A stretch of 64,000 nt of DNA from NCBI GenBank assembly GCA_964016885.1, contig OZ024742.1, positions 155,434,001 to 155,498,000 of the forward strand. Direction: 5' to 3'. The notes below the pieces were generated by a model. It saw nothing but the letters and a program-made list of their open reading frames with translations, did no database searches and had not been told where the DNA came from. Position numbers and translations under genes: made by a program. Below are positions 55,940-64,000 of the stretch, piece by piece. Position 1 is the stretch's first letter; each line of letters starts with the position of its first letter. The DNA is from Eledone cirrhosa. Lineage: Eukaryota.

Positions 55940-58014
55940 CTAAGGCGGGTAAAATTCCCGAGATCCATGGACGAGTTCTCTCCAGCGGTCTCTGTCCCCC
56001 ATTATCGCTGCCATATCCTGCATCTCCAACAGACCAGTGTCTGTCCTTAGGGCATCAACATATGTTGACCTTGGTCTTCCTCTTCTAGTGTGTCCATGTA
56101 GGGGCTCCCAAAGGAGCACTGAGTGCAATGTCAACTCTGGATGTCGGTGAGCATGTCCAGCCAACCTCAGTCTCCTCTGTGTCACTTTTGAGCTGACTTT
56201 TGGGATGCTCCCATACAGCTCTGAGTTTTTCATCCTCAGTGTATACTGATTAATGTTCAGAGCCATCCTCAGCATTCTCGTGTAGCACCCATCCACCATC
56301 TGAGTGAGTCTCTTGGTCAGTCTCCAAGTCTCAGACCCATACAGCAGCACAGACTCCACTACAGCAATGAAGAGGCGGATTTTCAGGTCTCTACGAAGGT
56401 CCGACTTCCACACCGATCTCAAGCTGTGACACGCCGCCCAGGCCTTGCTCTTCCTCCCAACCACATCATCTTCCGTATTCCCAATCTTTGCTCCCAAATA
56501 CAGGAAGTCCTCAACCAATTCCAGCGGCTTCCCGCCTACATTAGTGATCCCCTCTGGCTTCTCAACATTCTCCACCAGATATTTTGTTTTAGTCTCATTC
56601 ATTCTCAGCCCCACACTCATCGACACTGTCTCAACCTCCCGCATCAAATCCTCTGCCTCCTTCACTGTATTTGTCACCAAAACTATGTCGTCGGCAAATT
56701 CAGCATCCGATACCTTTTTCGCCCCAACTCTCCTGCTCTGAGCCGGTGCTACAGTAAAGCCAGTGTCCTGGTATTTCTCCAGTGCAAGGCGCATACAATA
56801 GTCCACTACGATGATAAAAAGGTAGGGAGCCAATGTATCTCCCTGGAGCACTCCAGCCAGTATCTCAAAGAACTCTGTCATCCCATCAGGTGTAATGACT
56901 TGGGTTTTGGTGTTGGTGTAGCGCAGTGATATCAGGTCCACTATCCTCTTGGGGATTCCATAAGCCTGTAAAATCTTCATCAGGCAGTAACGGTCCACAG
57001 AATCAAAGGCCTTCCTAAAGTCAATGAAAACCATGACCGCAGGAAGGCACTTTGCTCTAGCTCCCTCTAATATCCTCCTCAGCATCAGGATGTGACTGGT
57101 GGTTGATCTACCCTCTCTGAAGCCGTTCTGGTTGTCCCTGAGCTTCTTCTCCATCTCAGGCTGGATCCTGTTAAGAATCATCCTGTTGAGGGTCTTTGCC
57201 ACAAGTGACGTCAGTGAGAACCCCCGGTAGTTGTTGGTGTTAGAGAGATCTCCCTTCTTTGGCACTGGGACGATGTTACTGATCCTCTACTGATTCGGGG
57301 CAACTCCTTTCTCCAGTGCCCCGTTACAGAACCCCAGGATGATATCATCAAAATCACACCTCTTCATCACATCTGATGCCACTCCATCCTCTCCATGAGC
57401 CTTGCCCTCCTTGATCTTCTTCTTGGCTCTCTGAAGCTCCTCTCTGGTGAAGGGCTCTGTCTCAACATCCAGTTCCTCAAACAGCCGCCTGATCTCCCCA
57501 CTGCTCTGGGCTGTGGAGGGTGGCTCTCCTAGTAGGGTCCTCAAATGGTCTAGCCATTTCCTCTTCCTATCCTCGGGCCCCGTTCCCTGGATCTGACTCG
57601 AACACCTTTTCTTCCTCCCTGTGATCTCGTTGATGATCATCCAGCTCTCCTTACATCCAGATCTCTCAACCGCTCTCTCCACACTTCTGATCTTCTCTAT
57701 CAATGCCTCCTCTCTGACCTCAGTGTAAGCGGTACAGAGCTCTTCCCTCATCAGTCTCCATCCTCTCCTCCGTAGGATCAGCATAGAATTGGTCCCTGGC
57801 AGCTTTCAGGTGTTCTCTGGCTGCACACACTTTTGGGTTTGCAGAGCTGACGTGCTTCCCTTTGTTCTTTTTCCTCGGCACCAGGGTTTCACTTGCTTTC
57901 GCCACTGCATTGGTGAATTGCCCGTACCTCCTCGTCACACTCTCCTCAGTCCATCCAATCTCTCTCTCCTCTGACTCTCCACACAGAGCACTAAACCTGT
58001 TTCTCACTTCCACT
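55940..58014 (-). mobile_element. RTE-clade LINE, 3' part (RT ORF 55940-57265)
   Basis: PKKGDLS..NYRG, QNGFREGRST, FIDFRKAFDSV, GVLQGDTLAP, FADDIVL, FLYLG, LLYGSETW, GRPR; 3' end lies in (TA)n. Confidence 0.93.
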
Positions 58015-59216
58015 CCAGTTCGGGAGTTCAGGAGATGTGGGGAATGTGGAGTTACCCCTTAGTTGTCATGACTCCCAGGTCTGCCCTGGCCCGGGGTGGT
58101 AGTACCTGTTAGGGCTCCATTTATGGGTTAAATAACTACCTTATTCGAGTGGCGCCGGTAAGGTATTGTCAGCCATTGAAAAGAAATATGGAGAGTCGAT
58201 CTAACAGCACTAGGGTTAGAGCCCCTAATTACACTGTCAAGTAGCAGCCTGGTCGTTATGACTCTGCTGGCTTAGAGCCACAGAGAAGGCCAGTGGATGA
58301 TGGATCAGCTGTCTCTGAGACAAATATAAAGAATGCAGTTTTGCCCTGCAGAAGAGCCATCAAAATGGGCACTTTGAATGTGAGGACTATTCGAACGCTG
58401 GAGAAGAGAGAGGAGTTGGGACATCTGTTCGAGGAGAGTGGTATACAGATACTTGCGATCCAAGAACACAGGATTCTACACGATGAGCCCGTGAGGAGTG
58501 TGATGATCGGGAGGAAGAGCCAGCTCATCACTACATCGGCAGTGAAGAACACAACAAATGCTGCAGTAGGAGGAGTGGGTTTTGTGTTCAGTGCAAAAAC
58601 CAATCTGTTGGTGAGGGAAATAATGCCTATCTCCCCGCGAGTGTTGAGGGTGACCTTCAATGGAAACCCAAGACTGACAGTCATCTCAGCCTATAGTCCA
58701 ACCGAGGGGGACAGTGATGTGAATGCCGAGGAGTTCCATGAGGAGGTGTGTTGGGCTGTCAACACCACTCAGGCACACAATATCCTGCTTGTTTTGGGGG
58801 ACTTCAATGCACATCTGAGTAAGGAGGGCAGTGAAGATCCTTGCTGGTACTTCCATAACAACACCAACCGAAATGGAAGACTACTGAGAGACACCCTGCT
58901 GGAGGCGAACTTGATGGCAACCAACCTAAGGTTTAGGAAGAATCTGGGGAAGATGTGGACCTACATCTCAGATATGCACCTGTCCAAGTCCCAGATTGAT
59001 TTCATTCTGGTGAGGAAAAAGTGGCGGAATAGTGTTCTGAACACGGAACCATACAGCTATTTCAGTACACTGGGTAGTGACCACCGGCTTGTTATGAGTG
59101 AGGTCCGCGTGAGCTTAAGAAAGAGCAAGGCTCAGCCCCGGAGAACAATCTCTGACTGGGGAGCTTTCAAGGAAGATGATAAGCTACAGGAGAGGTTCAC
59201 AGTGGAAGTGAGAAAT
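58015..59216 (+). mobile_element. RTE-clade LINE, inverted 5' part (5'UTR and APE, ORF 58293-59216)
   Basis: GTLNVRT, LAIQEHR, GGVGF, SAYSPT, LGDFNA, QIDFIL, SDHRLV; ends at VEVRN, exactly where the minus-strand part begins. Confidence 0.93.
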
Positions 59217-59233
59217 ATATATATATATATATA

Positions 59234-59489
59234 AGGAAGGAAATGTGGTAAGGAACCAGGTGGACCATAACCCACCAAAGTACTGAATACTTAGGGTAGT
59301 AGAGTGGGTAATAAGAACAAGTAAGACCCTGACGGCTGAGCTCAAGCCGTTTGGACCGCTAATTCTTGACTGGGTCTCTTATACTTAAGGTCCTAAACAT
59401 ACGACCGACCACCCGGTTTCACATTTCTGTCGTTCTGGTTACGTGTGCAGGAAACGAAGCATCATTGCTCATGTCAATACACCTGTCCC

Positions 59490-59490
<1 letters not shown>
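59234..59490. mobile_element. Family B end (59234-59368) fused to a family G end (59370-59490)
   Basis: Left part matches 30077-30212; right part is the reverse complement of 60238-60357. Confidence 0.7.
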
Positions 59491-59541
<51 letters not shown>

Positions 59542-59544
<3 letters not shown>

Positions 59545-60062
59545 TATGCATGTATACGTACATACATATATGTATACAGACGTACAGTAGCATGCACATA
59601 TATATATATATATATACATATATATATACATATGCATACAGGTACACATACATATATGCACGTATCAGTTTAGCGGCGCTTATTATAACGTCGCTTTGTT
59701 CGTTTGTAAACAAACTGAACAGCCTGAATTTATGCCATACGGTGTTAAGGCAACCACGTCACCTTTTTGTTCAACACTGACACAGGAACGATGTACTAGT
59801 TTCAAGCTTGTTAGCTATCATCAGCACCGTTTACCCATCTGCCAGATAGTTGAACGTTCGAAAGTATATACTTTCCTTATGAAAATTAACGGCTGAGCAG
59901 CCTAATTTGCATATTGAGTGAGTTAAATCGGTCAGGCATACCGAAAACGATAAATTGAAACAAAATGAAAACGAAATTTCATTTCTCACTCTTATGATAA
60001 GCGCCGCTAAACTGATACGTGCATATATGTATGTGTACCTGTATGCATATGTATATATATAT

Positions 60063-60093
<31 letters not shown>

Positions 60094-60206
60094 CATGCTA
60101 CTGTACGTCTGTATACATATATGTATGTACGTATACATGCATACTTACATTTAAGTAAGTGCCATACTAAGAGTGAGAAATGAAATTTCGTTTTCATTTT
60201 GTTTCA

Positions 60207-60210
<4 letters not shown>
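59542..60210. mobile_element. Family F inverted HHR element in (TA)n
   Basis: 59995-60148 inverts 59541-59688; 60168-60210 inverts 59952-59994. Confidence 0.85.
59788..59830 (-). ncRNA. Minimal type I hammerhead ribozyme (family F)
   Basis: Minus strand: acggtg-CTGATGA-tagct aaca agctt-GAAA-ctag-TA-catcgt. Confidence 0.85.
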
Positions 60211-60237
<27 letters not shown>

Positions 60238-60419
60238 CGGGACCGGTGTATTGACATGAGCAATGATGCTTCGTTTCCTGCACACGTAACCAAAACGACA
60301 TCAATGTGAAAACGGGTTGTCGGTCGTATGCTTGGAACCTTAAGTATAAGAGACCCGGTGACATAGTTGGTCCTCAGAAAAACTTTCGCCCTCAACCGAC
60401 TATAATTGTGCTCTGCATT

Positions 60420-60830
60420 GTCTTCTTTACACAGAGTCAATCTAACTGCAGAGCTTTAAGCAACCAAACGTAGCTATACCAAGAGAATTACCCCAATGAA
60501 ACAGATGAGCTACGGGGAGAGGGTGAAAGAACTAAAGCTTTACTCCGTGGAGCGAAGACGGGAAAATAGGCAATAATATACGTTTGGAAAACTTTTGACT
60601 TAGTAGCAAATTCGGGCATTAAAGGGCAGGACCAGCGCACGATCATATCTAGGATTTAAATGGAAGCTAATTATTTAATAAGCTGCTAAAATGTCTGAGA
60701 GAACTACATGGTGTGCATGATAATATTTTCAAGATACATACGGACATGCTGGTGACCAAGATACCGGATGAACCCACACGTAGAGGCGAAGCGCAACTGG
60801 GGACGGCTGCAACAAACTCTCTTTTGCAAT
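60420..60830 (+). pseudogene. CR1-like LINE 3' fragment
   Basis: QRSYTKRI..MSYGERVKELKLYSVERRRE, AIIYVWK, FNKLLKCLRELHGV, KIPDEP..AATNSL. Confidence 0.75.
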
Positions 60831-61061
60831 AATGGCCAGCCAAGGAAAGACGGTTGTATAAAGAGTAACATGAATGGTGGACCCTGAGCATGGCCTCAGC
60901 CTGTTGACTGGAACACCTACGTCAATACTCATCTTTGTCCAATTATCTGATGGTTCTACACCCTCATTATCAGGCTAAAATTCCTTTAGTCAAAAATACG
61001 GTGAAAGCTATTCTATTTTCTAATTTCAAACCTGCCCACTGTTTCAAAACATACTTACTTG

Positions 61062-61164
<103 letters not shown>

Positions 61165-61224
61165 CATATATATATATATAGAGAGAGAGAGAGGGAGAGA
61201 GAGAGATAGAGAGAGAGAGAAAAA

Positions 61225-61628
61225 AGGCTTCAACAGGTTAGAACGATTTCATTCTCAGTATATCATCAGGGCTTTCCTGATCATTTCCTTCCAATGAAAC
61301 AGTTCTAATCTTGTAGAAGCAATTTCTATATTAAACATTGTATATAATCTAATATGTATTGCGCACCTTATTTATTGTTGTTTCGCCCGATATAACCCAG
61401 AATCCCCCCCCCCACACACACACACAAATATTGATATATACATATATATGTGTGGGTGTGTGTTTGTGGGTGTGTGTGTGTGTGCGTGTGTGTGTATTCC
61501 AGATTCAATCGTGAGTAACCACAGTAAGGAACCCAATACATCGTAGATTATATACAATGTTTAATATAGAAATTGCTTCTACAGGACTAGAACTGTTTCA
61601 TTCGAAGGAAACTATCGGAGAAACCCTG
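61225..61628. mobile_element. Family N repeat copies in alternating orientation (another copy at 49487-49560)
   Basis: 61268-61351 and 61544-61628 are reverse complements; they share aatgaaacagttctagtc.tgtagaagc. Confidence 0.6.
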
Positions 61629-62860
61629 AATGTTCTCTCCTGAGGTCACAAGTCCGGGTAAGGTTATTGAGAACGATTAGATGTTGCCCATGCATAGCAG
61701 TATCCCGTTTCCACGCCAGCAATGCAGTCCAAGTGAAAGGCAATGGCCGATACTACTCGGTACCATTGACGTTGCAACTTATTTCTACATATGATTAAAC
61801 ATGGTACCAGCATGGAAGTCACAACCTCAATATTGCATGCACAACGCTCTATCCACTAAGCCATTCGGCTATAAAATAAGTATAGAATATATATGATTAT
61901 TTATAACTATCATTCTTATTCGGTCGCTTTCTATTCCGGTTTTGTTTTGCACATTTTACATATAATATCCCATTACATATAACATATACACATACTTATC
62001 TAACTCTGATCCACTCGTGTTTACAACCGTAATAAAGCACATGTATTCGGTTTCACTAAATTACGTTTGTCGAAATATAATTCCCAACGAATGTCTTTGA
62101 TATTATCATGCCTGGCTTAATATAGCCACCCCTCACTCCATTTTCATTTCGTTTGTTATTTAAAGATATATTCTTAAATAATCAATGATATTTCATGGTA
62201 ATTTTTGGATGTCATTCTAGAACAAATTCTTTCAGGTAACTTGAAGAATTTTCTTTGTTCTGATATGGAGCGTTCTCCATATTAGAGATATACGCGAATA
62301 TGCTAAGCTGCATGCATACATATAAGGCAATGCTTTAAACACACTTGAATATGCATTAATATATCCATCCACTTATGTGATATACAATTTATAGAAGGCA
62401 GTTTGCACATGTATGTATAAGGATATAATGTATATATTCAGGCAAATTGGCAAAGTCATTAACACGAAAGACATTATGCTTTGCATTAGATGGGCCGGAT
62501 ACCTGAGCTCTGAGTTCAAATCCATCTCCAGACAATTTTCTTTTCAACCCCTCTCTGTCAATATAGGTCGATACTCTACAAAGGTCGATTATTTCTTTAT
62601 ACATATTTCTGATACCCTTTCTATCTAGATCATGGTCTCTCCCTCTCTAGGAGAACCGGTGGTGTTCAGATATGTAGATAGCATGGGCCACACCAGAGTT
62701 TAAAATGTTATAGACTTACGATGCCCATACCCACCCAAAAGGAGTTACAGATAAATCATTCACACACGCATACACATATACAGACATATCTGTCTTGCTA
62801 CACATCTGTCTGTATATCTATCTATCTATATATCTATCTATCTACCTCTCTCTCTATATA

Positions 62861-62902
<42 letters not shown>

Positions 62903-63035
62903 CAAAGGGATATTTAATTTGTGGATAATTCAAAAAATATATATATTTATAACTGATTCGGAGAACTCGACACATTTTCTGGAGTATAATATCAATAATA
63001 TTAATAAATGGAAACTATATTTATAAAACCGTATT

Positions 63036-63095
63036 TATTCTATTATATATATTTCAAGGGTAGCAACATTTGGTACGCCCTCATCAGATAAAATG
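63036..63095 (-). ncRNA. Hammerhead ribozyme (family I)
   Basis: Minus strand: cattttat-CTGATGA-gggcgtacca...tgctaccctt-GAAA-tatata-TA-atagaata. Confidence 0.78.
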
Positions 63096-63168
63096 CAAAG
63101 TTTGTTTTGTAAATATTAACATATCCAGGAACGAGATCTTAACGCTTCAAGTTGTTCACCTCATCAGA

Positions 63169-63228
63169 TATTTTATCTGATGAGGGCGTACCAAATTTTG
63201 GTACCCTTGAAATATATATAATAGAATA
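63169..63228 (+). ncRNA. Intact hammerhead ribozyme (family I)
   Basis: tattttat-CTGATGA-gggcgtacca aattt tggtaccctt-GAAA-tatata-TA-atagaata. Confidence 0.85.
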
Positions 63229-63272
63229 AATATGATTTTATAAATATAGTTTCCATTTATTAATATCATTGA

Positions 63273-63436
<164 letters not shown>

Positions 63437-63456
63437 TAGAGAGTTATATATCAATT

Positions 63457-63730
63457 GAGGCACCTGGCCTAGTGGTAAGTGTGTTGGACTTAATGTGGCG
63501 GACTCCATTCCTGGTTTGCGTGTTATGTTCTTGTGCAAAACACTTCATTTCACGTTGCTCCAGTATATTCAGCTGGAAATGAGTACCAGCAATAGCTGGA
63601 GGTTTAACTTTGCGATGGACTGGCGTCCTATCCAGGGGGGGAGTCTTGTACTCTCGGTCGCTTCCCGCCATGAAAACGGGATAAGCACCGGCCAAATGAG
63701 CATTCTGGCTCAAGACAGACTGTAGACTTT
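63457..63730 (+). mobile_element. tRNA-derived SINE, second family
   Basis: tggcctagtggtaag head, cttgtgcaaaacactt core and gcgatggactggcgtcctatccagggggg body. Confidence 0.75.
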
Positions 63731-63744
63731 AGATATATATATAT

Positions 63745-63915
63745 ATTATTCAAAATATGAATAAATGAAAGATATTCTCATAATTAAAATATATATGTTA
63801 TTATACATATTTCAAAGGAACAATGGTGTTTAAGTACGTTTTCACCAGATAATATATAAGATTTGATATGCGACATACCGCTATGGTTTTGATTATTCAA
63901 TTCTAATAGTGGCAG
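63745..63915 (-). mobile_element. Family L repeat with degenerate hammerhead (63798-63852)
   Basis: Minus strand: ttat-CTGGTGA-...-GAAA-tatgta-TA-ataa; homologous to 39900-40076. Confidence 0.65.
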
Positions 63916-64000
63916 CGATTTATTTCACCAACCCTCAACGGTTTTATACCACACATAATATGATAAACTTAGAGAATAATATTAAATACTCCAGGAAAAT

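Noticed and set aside
61225-61628. CTGATGA/CTGATCA...GAAA motifs in family N (also 49515-49550)
   Set aside because: The spacing is hammerhead-like, but I could not pair a stem I on both sides, so these were not counted as ribozymes.

Overview
This is an AT-rich eukaryotic, apparently gene-free window, packed with (TA)n, (CA)n, (GAA)n and (ATT)n microsatellites and retroelement debris. The SINE types and (TA)n load suggest a cephalopod such as Octopus (inference). I cannot support any host gene, and most supplied ORFs are microsatellite artefacts. Recognisable elements are: two Tx1/L1-like LINEs, an R4/Dong-like LINE, a near full-length RTE LINE with a 5' inversion, CRE-like and CR1-like 3' fragments, a Helitron, a hAT non-autonomous element with an 8-bp TSD, tRNA-derived SINEs, and Penelope-like element (PLE) RT and GIY-YIG remnants. 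The main signal lies between the (TA)n tracts: about 23 complete or slightly degenerate type I hammerhead ribozyme (HHR) motifs, plus several half motifs, from roughly ten unrelated short non-coding families. Most have a palindromic mini helix III, several show compensatory changes between copies (including the C3-G8 to U3-A8 core swap), and they occur as tandem or head-to-head inverted units whose 3' ends run into (TA)n. This fits a dense community of PLE pseudo-LTR/retrozyme-like elements, possibly copied from tandem or circular RNA. A ~10.3 kb inversion (about 35930-46250) can also be reconstructed because it splits both a LINE and a Helitron. All coordinates were read by eye, so element boundaries may be off by several bases.
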